A DNA stretch of 47,375 nt from Octopus bimaculoides. Its lineage: Eukaryota. The notes under the pieces are model-generated. The model saw nothing but the letters and a program-made list of their open reading frames with translations. It ran no database searches and was not told the DNA's origin. Numbering within the stretch: the first letter of the stretch is position 1; each line of letters opens with the position of its first letter. This document shows, piece after piece, positions 1 to 11,850 of the stretch. Both the position numbers and the translations under genes were made by a program. The stretch is from positions 53,092,832 to 53,140,206 of the forward strand of contig NC_068995.1 in assembly GCF_001194135.2 (NCBI RefSeq), given 5' to 3'.

Positions 1-206
1 CATATATACATATGCTATAATCTCAAACATGTATAAATATGTGTTAATATATGTATACATATATATACATGCACATACGTTTAAATGTGTGTATACATAC
101 ATACATACACATACATAAATATAGATATAGATATAGATATACAGATATAAATATGTATGCATATATATATATATATTCATGCACATACAGACGAAAAGCA
201 GAGAGG

Positions 207-241
<35 letters not shown>

Positions 242-1072
242 TGAGAGAGAGAGAGAGTAAGTGAGAGAGTGATAAAAGCCACACACACACTCAAACACAC
301 TCACACAAGTACACACACACACACACACACACACACTTACTCCCACACACAGACACACTCACACAGGTACACAGATGAGAAATTCTAAAGCCAAAGCGTT
401 CAGGTATGTATGCACTCTTTCGATTAACCTACACCATCATCATCACCATCACCTGCTTCACCACCTCCTCCTCCTCCTCCTTCTCCTTCTCCTCCTCCTC
501 CTCCACCTCCTCCACTGTCATCTGCTGCCACAGTAACACCATTATCGCTACTAGCACCATCGCCATCTGCAGCAGCAAACCGTTATAGTAGCGTATATAG
601 CACAGACTCTCATATGACATAATATTAGATACGTGTTAATAACTAGTTTTGTTTTATATTATTTTTATTTCAAATGGTAGTAGTTTAGCGACATATCACT
701 TTGATCGACACATTCAATCGTGTTGGAATATATAATACATGTACGTATGTATGTATGTGTGTATGTATGTGTGTATGTATGTATGTATGTATGTATGTAT
801 GTATGTTTTCAAATATATATGTGTATGCATCAGAATAAAAACATACGTAAACATATATACATGCACACATCACAAATATTTACGCATACACACCTATACA
901 TCATGATTATTTAAACACACACAATAATACAGATACACCCACACACATATATATATATAGACACATATATAAATGTGTAAATATGCATAAATGTTTGTAT
1001 GCCTGTGTATATATATATATATACATACACATATATTTACACACACCTAAATATCATCCCTATATATATATG

Positions 1073-1134
<62 letters not shown>

Positions 1135-1140
1135 TGTATA

Positions 1141-1471
1141 GGTGCACGAGTGGCTGTGTGGTAAGTAGCTTGCTTACCAACCACATGGTTCCGGGTTCAT
1201 TCCCACTGCGTGCCACCTTGGGCAAGTGTCTTCTACTATAGCCTCGGGCCGACCAAAGTCTTGTGAGTGGATTTGGTAGACGGAAACTGAAAGAAGCCTG
1301 TCGTATATACGTATATATATATATATGCATGTGTGTGTATATGTTTGTGTGTCTGTGTTTGTCCCCCCAACATCGCTTGACAACCGATGGTGGTGTGTTT
1401 GCGTCCTCGTAACCGAGCGGTGCGGCACAAGAGACCGATAGAATAAATATTAGGGTTCCAAAGAATTAGTC
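1141..1471 (+). mobile_element. tRNA-derived CORE-like SINE, family A (3' end truncated)
   Basis: tRNA-like head (gtggctgtgtggtaag...ggttcattccc), then caccttgggcaagtgtcttctactatagcctc (resembles the start of the MIR/CORE domain), an internal (TA)/(TG) tract and the 3' module gcttgacaaccgatgg...gagaccgatagaata. The same architecture recurs across the window. Confidence 0.85.
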
Positions 1472-1957
1472 CGAATTGTTGGCGATTATGAGGTATCGGA
1501 CACCATCTAATTCAATCGTACGGTTCATTAGGTTCATCTAAGCTCAGTGAGTAAAGATCGTTAGACGGAAACTGTGTGGAAGCCTATCGAATGGACCGTG
1601 CCTATAACAGGACACCTATCTTTGTCACACGCACCGTGTCAAATTACGTTACGGGTGCAAAGGAACAGAGAAATCCTCAGCCACTTTTACTGTAATTCAA
1701 TCAGTGGTTTACCCCCATTGATTGAACAAGGAGAACGCTCATTGTCGAAACCCAAAAGACATCATCCACACAATAACATATGTAAGGGTTTTCGTATGCG
1801 TGTGTGCGCGCGCGCGAACATCTGTGAATACAGCTTTTCATTTATGCATGTCTGCTTAAATGCACAACGTGAAAGCTTTATTAAGCTATTTTCTATTGAG
1901 TCATTCGCACTTTTCTATGTATTCGACGGCCGAGTGAATGAAGAAGGGAGCGAGGGA

Positions 1958-2015
<58 letters not shown>

Positions 2016-2692
2016 GAGAGAGAGGGAGAGTGAGAGAGAGAGGGAGAGAGAGAGTGAGAGAGGGAGAGACGAACGGAGATATTAATGTGTCTAATTCCAC
2101 GTGAAGTAAGATGTGCTCAACTTTCCGTCGTCATCATCACAAGCCATCATCAAAGCTAGTTGTTTGTGGGATAAATATATTGTATTGAAGTTTTAATTAC
2201 AGGTGAGTGAACAGCGAGGGAACGAACTGCACTAATTGGTCTTGAGGTAGTTGTCGTTCTATCATCAGGTGAAGTACACTACGGAGTTACTGTGGTGGTG
2301 GTGGTGGTGGTGGCTTTTGTTGTTGTCGTTGGTGTTGTTGTGGTGGTGTCTGATTGTGGTATATATTATGGTAGGTGTCCAGCACTGGTTTAGCAAACCG
2401 GCGATCAAAATATGGCATTCTAGCAAATACCACCTCAACTTTCTAAGTGTAGCTAGATTTACAGTATTCACAAAATGTCCTGTTTTTAAAATAATTGTGT
2501 AATATAGCCAGGTCAGGGATCTCATCACAGGCTGATAAGGTCCGCCTCTGGTGCCATGGAATAAAGCACTACTAGTTCCATTGGTCAGCGAGTGGTCAGC
2601 AACTAAACAGTTCCCTCTCTTGAGTAGATTTCTGCTCTTGTGAGGAGTGTCTGGACAGCCAGCAGGACTAAAACAAGAGGACTTATTGTCAC

Positions 2693-2861
2693 CTCTCCAT
2701 CGCTTGACCACTGATGTTGGTGTGTTCACGTCCCCGTGACTTAGTGGTTCGGTAAAAGAGCCGACAGAAAAAGTAATTGGCTTACAAAGAATTTGTTCGG
2801 CTAAAGGTAGTGCTCCAGCATGGCCGCAGTCAAATGACTGAAACAAGTAAAAGAAAAGAAG
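2693..2861 (+). mobile_element. SINE family A, 3' half
   Basis: catcgcttgaccactgatgttggtgtgttcacgtcccc...gtgctccagcatggccgcagtcaaatgactgaaacaagtaaaag matches the 3' half of the other family A copies. Confidence 0.85.
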
Positions 2862-2879
2862 AAAATACGACTAACTTCC

Positions 2880-3016
2880 ACAGTTTCCTCCTGCCAAATG
2901 CGTTCGCAAGGCGTTGGTCGGCCCCTGGCTATGTTAGAAGACACCTACCCAAGATGCCGCACGGTGGGACCGAACCAGAACCCACGCAGTTGCGAAGCGG
3001 GCTTCTTAACCACACA
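2880..3016 (-). mobile_element. SINE family A, diverged 5' half
   Basis: Reverse complement of the head and CORE-like part (ggtcggcccctggctatgttagaagacacctacccaagatgccgcacggtgggaccgaacc...cttaaccacaca). Confidence 0.75.
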
Positions 3017-3318
3017 ATCTTGGCTTGAGCCTATGTATAAATGTTTAGGAAAATTTACGAATATAAAAAAAAAAAAATACATAGAAAAAATAATTAACGT
3101 ATCCGTGAAGACATAATTGTAATTATTTTATTTTATTTTAAGATAAATATTTCTGATGTGTGTTTCTTTAATTAAATCACAGCTTAATGTACTGTATAAA
3201 TTTTTTCCCAAAATACCTGCGTCTCGAATATTCCAGAACAATCTCCAAAGTTGTTTTATTTATTTATTTATTTATCTTATCGATACACCTGTGTCTTCCA
3301 GGATTCAACGCATATCAG

Positions 3319-3399
3319 CTATTGGTCCCGCTTGGCGACATATTCTGTCTGACGTCATACATTTTAAGACCAATAGACGACAAAGGTCAGAGGCGGGAC
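3319..3399. promoter_or_regulatory. Putative promoter: two opposed CCAAT boxes, full CRE, GC-box-like site
   Basis: ctattggtc (3319-3327) and gaccaatag (3368-3376) are exact reverse complements. TGACGTCA lies at 3350-3357 and gaggcgggac at 3390-3399, in unique CpG-retaining sequence about 220 bp upstream of a candidate first exon. Confidence 0.5.
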
Positions 3400-3617
3400 T
3401 ACTACTGCTGTTGTGACGGCCATTGCGGAAAACTATCGATGACAATTTTGTGTTCTTTCAACCGTGATAGCTTTATACCCCTTCGCCCGTACCTGCATAC
3501 ATACATACATAGAGTGCTGCTCCGTTTCTGGGTGGGAGGAGCAAGACACAAAAATTACACCATCCAACGAAGGAATAAATATCATACAACCAGTGATTGT
3601 TGTGGGAAGGAAGAGGA

Positions 3618-3740
3618 ATGGCGGAAAATCGTACCCAAGCCGGAGACAAACCTGAATACTTTGCCGCAGAGTGGACTAGGCTAAAGTTACCCGGGGTGTT
3701 TCGTGACGGTGTTGAACCAGATGACGGTCCAGTACACCAC
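3618..3740 (+). CDS. Putative first coding exon of an unidentified gene (MAENRTQAGDKPEYFAAEWTRLKLPGVFRDGVEPDDGPVHH, 41 aa, phase-0 donor)
   Basis: ATG at 3618 in the context ggaATGGCGG, with an in-frame TAA upstream at 3576. The 41 codons are open, GC-balanced and non-repetitive, and end exactly at a gtgagt donor (3741). No protein family recognised and no downstream exon assigned. Confidence 0.45.
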
Positions 3741-3744
3741 GTGA

Positions 3745-3815
3745 GTTAGCCACAGCGGAATTTGATCTCAGGATACAAAGGGCGGAACAAATACCGCAAG
3801 GATTCCGGTCTGAAG
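3745..3815 (-). mobile_element. SINE family B fragment
   Basis: gcggaatttgatctcaggatacaaagggcggaacaaataccgcaagg matches the reverse of the family B tRNA-like head. Confidence 0.6.
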
Positions 3816-3906
3816 GTTCTTACAGCCCTAACCCTAACCCACCAATCCGCCATGTTGGATTCTAATTTTTCAACTCTGAAAGGATAAAGGAGTGTAAGGC
3901 AAACCA

Positions 3907-3968
<62 letters not shown>

Positions 3969-4189
3969 NNNNNNNNNNNNNNNNNNNNNNNNNNNNNNNN
4001 NNNNNNNNNNNNNNNNNNNNNNNNNNNNNNNNNNNNNNNNNNNNNNNNNNNNNNNNNNNNNNNNNNNNNNNNNNNNNNNNNNNNNNNNNNNNNNNNNNNN
4101 NNNNNNNNNNNNNNNNNNNNNNNNNNNNNNNNNNNNNNNNNNNNNNNNNNNNNNNNNNNNNNNNNNNNNNNNNNNNNNNNNNNNNNNNN

Positions 4190-4234
<45 letters not shown>

Positions 4235-5644
4235 ATAGATATTGTCGACGTCATAAGAATTTATGATTTTGAGAGAATGCGAAATCTGTTCTGGAACGGT
4301 GAAACCCGAAACAGATAAAGCTATAAATAATGGTATATAAATATTGAGTTAAAAACTCACAGGCAGCCTTCGACCTTTTCTATACAAAGAGGTTTTTAAC
4401 AATATTTACACGCTATTATCCATAGCTTTATCAACTTCGAGTTTCGCTATTCTAAATACTCTCTCTCTCTCACACACACACACACACTCATACATACACA
4501 TACATGCATGTATATGAGTGTGTGTGTGTGTGAGTGTTAGTCTAGAACCATCTCTGCTGGCATGGAAGACCATTCCACTCTAAGAAGCAGATGTCTTTGG
4601 AATAGCATTTGGGAAATAGAAAAAGCTCGGGGGAGGATGCGGTGTGTCTGTGGGCGAGGGGCTGGAGTGTGTCTGTGCTTAACTTCATTTCAATATCTAT
4701 GAATTCCAGAGAGTTCATTAAAATATACCAGTTTAAAGAGTTGTCTTTCAGTGTGCATACGTGTGTGTGTTTGTGTGTGTGTGAGAAAGAGAGAGAGAAA
4801 GACAGATAGAGAAACAGACAGTTATAGACGTATTACATGGATATATAATGACAGACAAGCAAATAGACAGACAGACAGACAAGCCGGAAGTGAGTATTCT
4901 TAACAGAAGAGACTCGCTAAGAAAACTTCCATATGACTTTGTTCATAAGACAAGTCCGTTGTCCTCGCATCAACATTCATTTCCGCCTGAAACTGCGTTT
5001 GTTGGTTGTCAGGGATGCCATCTGAATATTACAATTTATTTTGTTATCGAGAAACTTCCAATCCATTTAGATCCATTAATCTCCACATAGCTTAACTGAT
5101 CGTCAACAGATAAAAATCGCCGGGACTGCATCAATAATGATTTCTTTCTACGCTGGCTTTATTTTGTCTCTCTATCTAGCGACAAATGAATTTCGTTATT
5201 TGTTGCTCCTCTCTGTATATTATTTTCTGTTTATCGATATATTTAGTAAGTAAATATATACTATATACATATATATCTACTCTTACTATATTAAAAAATG
5301 TATATATCTGTGTGTGTGTCGTGTAGGAGATGTTTAAATACATAAATACATATACTATATTTAGTATACTTCGGGTGAAAATCTCGTAATGGGATTTTGA
5401 GAGCTCTTATGCATTTATTTAGCTACCACATGTTACCCTAGAGTAGGGTATATTCCAGGCAGGATACACATGTGGTACGCCTCATTGCATAAGATTAATA
5501 CAAAGACAATATAACACGAGGATGGAGGTTGTGAGGCATTTAAAGTAAATTACAACATTTGTTTCTGCATCGTACATCAACTTTAAGCAGAGTTTATATT
5601 CGTCTATACAAAATTATTCTTTATAATTGCCATATTCTTTTATT

Positions 5645-6110
5645 CTTGTACTTGTTTCAGTCATTTGACTGTGGTCATGCTGGAGCATCGCCTTTAGTCG
5701 AACAAATCGCCCCCACGACTTAGTCTTTGTAAGCCTAGTACTTATTCTATCGTTTTTTGTTGTTTTTTGCCGAACCGTTAAGCTTCGGGGACGTAAGCAC
5801 ACCAACATTGGTCGTCACAGACACACACACACACACACANNNNNNNNNNNNNNNNNNNNNNNNNNNNNNNNNNNNNNNNNNNNNNNNNNNNNNNNNNNNN
5901 NNNNNNNNNNNNNNNNNNNNNNNNNNNNNNNNNNNNNNNNNNNNNNNNNNNNNNNNNNNNNATATATATATATATATATACGACGAGTTACTTTCAGTTT
6001 TCGTCTACGAAATCGGCCTGAGGCTATAGTAGAAAACACTTGCCGAAGGTGTCACGCAGTGGGACTGAACTCGAAACCATGTGGTTGGGAAGTAAGCTTC
6101 TTACCACACA
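5645..6110 (-). mobile_element. SINE family A, near full length, with a gap inside its internal microsatellite
   Basis: 3' module at 5645-5818, then (CA)n-N-(TA)n, then the head and CORE-like module at 5981-6110, all in reverse orientation. Confidence 0.85.
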
Positions 6111-6114
6111 TACG

Positions 6115-6240
6115 ATGAAGTGCTTGCAGATTCTTCAATTTGAGTCAACCGACAAGAGACGTCGGAGTAAACCAAGAACGAGATGAATGGAGAGTAGCAA
6201 CAGTCTCAATGGATGGAATGGCACTATTTTGGCACAAGTC
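6115..6240 (+). mobile_element. Degenerate RTE-like LINE ORF2 C-terminal fragment
   Basis: Translates to ...DKRRRSKPRTR*MES..., resembling the RxRGRPRxRWxD motif at the end of RTE ORF2. Short and decayed. Confidence 0.35.
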
Positions 6241-6599
6241 TGCAACTGACCAACTACCGTTGGGTGGCTTGAGTGAATCCATCAGGCTGTTGAAATCCTT
6301 AATAAACCTAATGACCCCAAGTAAGCTTACCGAGGATCATTGTTTAGGCACATCGTAAGCTGATGTTTGTGAAAGAAAGAACGAAAACGATTTGAGAAAG
6401 GTAAAAAAAAGTTCAGTTCTATCTTTAGCAATTTATCGTCTGCTTCGGTGACAATAAAATTGATTTTCAAATACTTCTAATTTAGATGTTCGATTAAGAA
6501 TCATGTGTGTGTGTGCGGAAGAGGGGCTGTGATCGATTTCATTGAGACCTCATCAGAAATTATCAAAAGCTAAGAAATCAATATCGTTTATGATTTTTC

Positions 6600-6720
6600 T
6601 TTACTATTTTTTGTTTATCCTCCAGGTCAGCGTTGGTCGTGCAGGCCTATGTTCAAAGGGATTCTAGCCATGACCATCCCGTCTTTTATTAGCGTTGTGT
6701 AGGATTACATTACTTTCCAT
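6600..6720 (-). repeat. Interspersed repeat family C copy
   Basis: ccaggtcagcgttggtcgtgcaggcctatgttcaaagggattctagccatgaccatcccgtc. The reverse matches the family C end gacctggggctaaac(aac)n at 14625, 21325 and 32845. Confidence 0.6.
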
Positions 6721-6789
6721 TTTAGGTGTGACCACATCACGAATAAAGCAGTCGCGGTAAAGGAGTGGGCTGAGTAACCCACAGGATAT

Positions 6790-6965
6790 TTATCATCGTG
6801 AAACCCCGGACGATACTTGGTCACGTGTCATGCATGCTCACAAAGGAACCAGTGAGAGCCTGTTTCGACTGGAAGCCAGAGCAGACCTGTCAACACCTGG
6901 CGGGAAGGGATTTGGCAGATATGGGCCCTGCCTAGAGCACATGCATTACAGGCGTTGAGTGCATG
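6790..6965 (+). mobile_element. Degenerate RTE-like LINE 3' fragment
   Basis: Frame reads KPRTILGHVSCMLTKEPVRACFDWKPEQTCQHLAGRDLADMGPA*, resembling the RTE C-terminal pattern GHVxRMxxxxPxxxxxxWxP...RDL. Confidence 0.45.
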
Positions 6966-7599
6966 TGGCATGTGTTATGCAAATGCGTTGCATTTGTTAT
7001 GCAAATGTGTTGCATATGGTGTATCTATGTTACGGAAATTTGAAACTGTATTTTGTCGACATTTCATCAAGGGTTGAATGACGCTTAGTCTCGATGACGG
7101 CCTCTGCTTCCGCTGCATATAGTTTGCCTTAGTGTTTTTAGAGCCACATCATCGTTACCATCATCATCATCATCATCATTAACGGTTGCATTTACATTTT
7201 CTTTCTTTTTCACTAACTGATAGATACACATAGTTATCGATATACAACCCGATGAATGGATAGCTGGCTCCTTCGAAAGACAGACAGACAGACTAACAGA
7301 CAGACTAACAGACAGGCAGGCAGGCAGGCACACAAACAGACAGACAGACAGGCAGATAGATAGATAGATAGATTGATAGATAGATAGCCATAGACGAACT
7401 GAAAGAATGAAACATTTAAGAAATAACTGATGTCACTCGTTGATGGAGAAGGAGACGGAAGTTTGGCGGAAGCATCAGAGACTTGCAGGATTCGTTCCGT
7501 ATCTGTAATTTCCGAGTTCAATCCACAAAAATGCCAAGTTTAATTTTCATCATTCTGGGGTCGATAAAATAGTCTCAGACAAATATTGTCTTCAAATTT

Positions 7600-7780
7600 G
7601 CTGGCACAAGGCGCTGGAAGAGGCTATTCCATTGCGTTGACCCCCTGTACTCAACTGGTACTTAATTTAACAATCCTGGAAGGATGAAAGGCAAAGTCGA
7701 CCACGGCCGAATTTGAACCCAGAACGTAGCGGTAGACGAAATAGCGCTAAGCATTTCACCCGGTGTGCTAACGATTCTGC
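7600..7780 (-). mobile_element. tRNA-derived Meta-domain-like SINE, family B
   Basis: Reverse of gcagaatcgttagcacaccgggtgaaatgcttagcgc...ctgggttcaaattcggccgtggtcgactttgcctttcatccttccagg...aagtaccagttgagtacagggggtc. The central gactttgcctttcatcctt...gtcgataaa...gtaccag block resembles the MetaSINE domain. Confidence 0.85.
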
Positions 7781-8002
7781 TTCGTAGTCATTCAAATATG
7801 GACAGTCGTTATTTTATTATTATTATTATTGCTGTTGTTGTTGTTGTAACTGATTACTGATCTACGCCAACATAGAACCCGTTGCACAAATCCATATCCA
7901 AGCGTGCCGGTCCCTAACGACAGATGATGAACTAACACGCCAACTGGAATACACTGTCATATGAACGTTATGTATCTATAACACATCACTGCCAACACGC
8001 AC

Positions 8003-8067
8003 ACACGCACACATCATTACACACGCACACATCATTACACACGCACACATCATTACACACGCACACA
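8003..8067. repeat. 18-bp minisatellite (acacgcacacatcattac) x 3.6
   Basis: Exact units at 8003, 8021 and 8039, plus a partial unit at 8057. Confidence 0.95.
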
Positions 8068-9050
8068 CTTTCCCTAACACGCGGACCCTCATTAATAAGT
8101 GATAACGCAGGAAAAAAAAAAACGAACAGGAACAACAGTAAAAATATACATATAAATAAATAAATAAATAATTATAAAAGGAGTGGCGGCGGATAACATG
8201 AAAAGACGAATAAGCCGGATCAAGAGAGACAGAATAGGCGAATAAATAAACGAACGAATACAAGAAAGAACGAGCGATTAACATAATAGACGAATGTATG
8301 AATGAAAGAATAAAAGCTTACAAAATTTCATCTAAGGTTACAATCATAAAGCTATATATATATATATATATATNNNNNNNNNNNNNNNNNNNNNNNNNNN
8401 NNNNNNNNNNNNNNNNNNNNNNNNNNNNNNNNNNNNNNNNNNNNNNNNNNNNNNNNNNNNNNNNNNNNNNNNNNNNNNNNNNNNNNNNNNNNNNNNNNNN
8501 NNNNNNNNNNNNNNNNNNNNNNNNNNNNNNNNNNNNNNNNNNNNNNNNNNNNNNNNNNNNNNNNNNNNNNNNNNNNNNNNNNNNNNNNNNNNNNNNNNNN
8601 NNNNNNNNNNNNNNNNNNNNNNNNNNNNNNNNNNNNNNNNNNNNNNNNNNNNNNNNNNNNNNNNNNNNNNNNNNNNNNNNNNNNNNNNNNNNNNNNNNNN
8701 NNNNNNNNNNNNNNNNNNNNNNNNNNNNNNNNNNNNNNNNNNNNNNNNNNNNNNNNNNNNNNNNNNNNNNNNNNNNNNNNNNNNNNNNNNNNNNNNNNNN
8801 NNNNNNNNNNNNNNNNNNNNNNNNNNNNNNNNNNNNNNNNNNNNNNNNNNNNNNNNNNNNNNNNNNNNNNNNNNNNNNNNNNNNNNNNNNNNNNNNNNNN
8901 NNNNNNNNNNNNNNNNNNNNNNNNNNNNNNNNNNNNNNNNNNNNNNNNNNNNNNNNNNNNNNNNNNNNNNNNNNNNNNNNNNNNNNNNNNNNNNNNNNNN
9001 NNNNNNNNNNNNNNNNNNNNNNNNNNNNNNNNNNNNNNNNNNNNNNNNNN

Positions 9051-9122
<72 letters not shown>

Positions 9123-9315
9123 GTGTGTGCATGATTTGGAATGTATGGTGGATTCTGTCTTGTAAGCATCAAACAAATAGCCCCACGCTGTGCATCCAAC
9201 ATGAGTAGGTGCTTGTGCGAATATATATGCGGTTTTTGTCTGTTCATGTCATGTCAGGTGTATACGACTGAAAAGAACACATTCATGATCCTACAAAAGC
9301 AGACGACCCAAATAT

Positions 9316-9368
<53 letters not shown>

Positions 9369-9599
9369 ATAGACTTGTACATGAAATTAAATTAATTATA
9401 AAAATACGGACGTTAAAATCAGTGGAAAATGGATTGACAAGGTTAAATAAACAAGGAAATGATCAAAACAAAAGCACAGTTCAACATATGTCTGTGAATA
9501 TCTATGTGTGTATGTGTGTACATGAGTTGCGCGTGTTTGTATATGCGCGTGCTTGTGCTTATGTATATGTATGTATATGTATCTTTGCTCGTGTATGTG

Positions 9600-9790
9600 T
9601 ACTTTTCTTTTCTATTCTAGGCACCAAGGCCCGAAATTTTTGGGGAGGGGGGCAGTCGATTAGATCGACCCAGTACGCAACTCGTACTTAATTTATCGAC
9701 CCCGAAAGGAACAATGACAAAGTCGACCTCAGCGGAATTTGAAGTCAGAACGTAAAGACAGACGAAATACTGCTAACCATTTCGTCCGGC
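9600..9790 (-). mobile_element. SINE family B
   Basis: ttctattctaggcaccaaggcccgaaattttggggagg...tcgaccccgaaagg...gtcgacctcagcggaatttgaagtcagaacgtaaagacagacgaaatac, near full length. Confidence 0.9.
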
Positions 9791-9861
9791 TAGGTAGAAA
9801 AAGAAATAGACAGGACGATAGACTGAGAAATGGACTGACATACAGATAGACAGACATACAG

Positions 9862-9934
<73 letters not shown>

Positions 9935-10406
9935 CTGAAGTCTAGTTGGATAATTTTAGAAAACTTTCACACCAAACATCTCTTGCACAAAGATTTATCT
10001 TTCCATTTTCATGTTTTCTTGGCAACGAAACCCATCAGACTACGAGTGCATGGCTTCGTCTCTTTAACTGGGATAACACAGTTTGTGGCTAAAACGTTAG
10101 TTTCGGAACCACGTGGTTGTAGCTTGTATCCCATTGTACGAAACCTTGGAAAAGTTGTCCTGGAATCTGGTTGGCGAAAATTATTGAAGTTGTGCCCTCT
10201 CTCTCACTTTGTCCTTTCTCTGTCTGTCTGTCTGTCTATCAGTCTCTCTCTATATATATGTGTGTGTTTCGGAGACGTACGTTGCCTGGCAAGTGTTACG
10301 ATCTGAGACTGTGAGTTCAAACTAAAACAATTACAGCGTGGAGGATACCTATTAGCCATTCAAAAATACACGAGAATACATGAAAAAGCGAATGTGAACG
10401 AGAGAG

Positions 10407-10454
<48 letters not shown>

Positions 10455-10945
10455 NNNNNNNNNNNNNNNNNNNNNNNNNNNNNNNNNNNNNNNNNNNNNN
10501 NNNNGAGAGAGAGAGAGAGAGAGAGAGAGAGATCAGCTGTGGCAAGGAGGAGGCTGTTGTGTGCTTTGATCGAATCTATGATCGTATGTTTCCCGCAGAG
10601 ACAATAAAATCTTGCATCTAGCTCTTCTCATTCCCACCTCACCGTCGCCAAACCTTCGTCTTCCCTTCCAGGGTCATACAATGCCACAGACGCACATCGT
10701 ACACATCTTATATGCAAATACGTTTGTGCGTGTTTGTGTGTTGTTCCGTGTTCACGACAGAGTGTATACTTGTGCAAGTGCGCTTGTTCGTGTATACGTG
10801 TGGGGGGGGGGGGAACGAGCGAGCGTAATCCATCAAACTCACACACACACACACACTTGGACACACGTGTGCAAGCCTTGAGAAAGGATTTTAACAGGCT
10901 GTGTGAATGCATAATATAACGATTCGTTATAGGCAAATACTACTT

Positions 10946-10980
<35 letters not shown>

Positions 10981-10984
10981 GCAG

Positions 10985-11850
10985 ATGATCCTTTCTTATT
11001 TTGGCACAAGGCCAACGATTTTGAGGAGAGGAGCTAGTCGATTACATTCACCCCCACTTATTTTATCGACCCCCGAAAGGATGAAAGGATGACTGGCAAA
11101 GTCGACCTTGGCGGAATTTGAACCCAGAACGTAATGGTGGACGAAAAAGCATTTCGTCCGGCGTGCTTATTTAATCGATTCTCAGAGGATGAAAGGCAAA
11201 GTTGAGCTCAGTGGAATTGGAACTCAGAACGTAAAAACGGACGAAACACCACCGACGCACTTTGTCCGGCATGCCAAACTATTCTGCCAGTTATTCTGTC
11301 TCAATAATCCTTTCTACTACAGGCACAAAGCCTGAAAATTTGGGGGAGGGGACAAGTCGATTACATCGACCCCAGTGTTTCACTGGTACTCAATTTATCG
11401 ACCCGAAATGATGTCGCCGCCTTAACAATAATAATGGATTCAAATTTTGGCTCAGGGCCAGCAGGTTTTTAATGTGAGAGGGCGAGTCGATTATTGGGGA
11501 ACTTTTTTAACCGGTTACCCCCAAAGTATATTTATTTATACCGAGGTTACCCCCTTGATTCGAATGGAAGAAAATCACGGATAACAAGGAACACGTTTTT
11601 TTTGTTAAATATTATTTTACATATGTCTAATGAGTCCCCATTGCCCCCAAGAATTTCATTTTACCCCACTTGGGGTAATTTACCCTGGTTCAACTATCCC
11701 TGGATTATGCTGAATCACGTATTTGACAGGTATTTTTTAAAATCGATTCCGAAAGGATGAAAGACCACGTCGACCTCGGCGACATTTCAAACCAGAACGT
11801 AAATACGAACGAAATGTCGCTAAGCAGGTTTGTCCGACGCGCTGAAGATA
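10985..11850 (-). mobile_element. Cluster of at least four co-oriented SINE family B copies or fragments
   Basis: Repeated ggcacaaggcc / tcgaccccgaaaggatgaaagg / gtcgaccttggcggaatttgaac modules at about 10995-11170, 11180-11290, 11310-11420 and 11440-11850. The last is split by an insertion. Confidence 0.85.
11495..11702. mobile_element. hAT-like MITE remnant inserted in a SINE
   Basis: About 205 bp of foreign sequence interrupts a family B SINE, with gattat on both sides. The right end reads CAGGGATAGTTGAACCAGGGTAAATTACCCC in reverse (CAGGG start typical of hAT elements). The left end is only weakly complementary. Confidence 0.45.

Noticed and set aside
406-620. Pro/Ser-rich frame ending ...AANRYSSVYSTDSHMT*
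   Set aside because: Built from (CCT)/(CAT) repeats, with an in-frame stop immediately upstream and no acceptor.
3826-3840. Telomere-like ccctaaccctaaccc (also tagggttagggttag at 13983-13997)
   Set aside because: Only about 2.5 units each, too short to call interstitial telomeric sequence.
4884-4892. ETS-like ccggaagtg motif
   Set aside because: An isolated 9-mer beside a (GACA)n repeat with no supporting motif cluster.
10985-11850. Recurring ~30-bp blocks separated by variable sequence, superficially CRISPR-like
   Set aside because: The blocks are internal SINE modules with irregular spacing and high divergence, in eukaryotic context with no cas genes.
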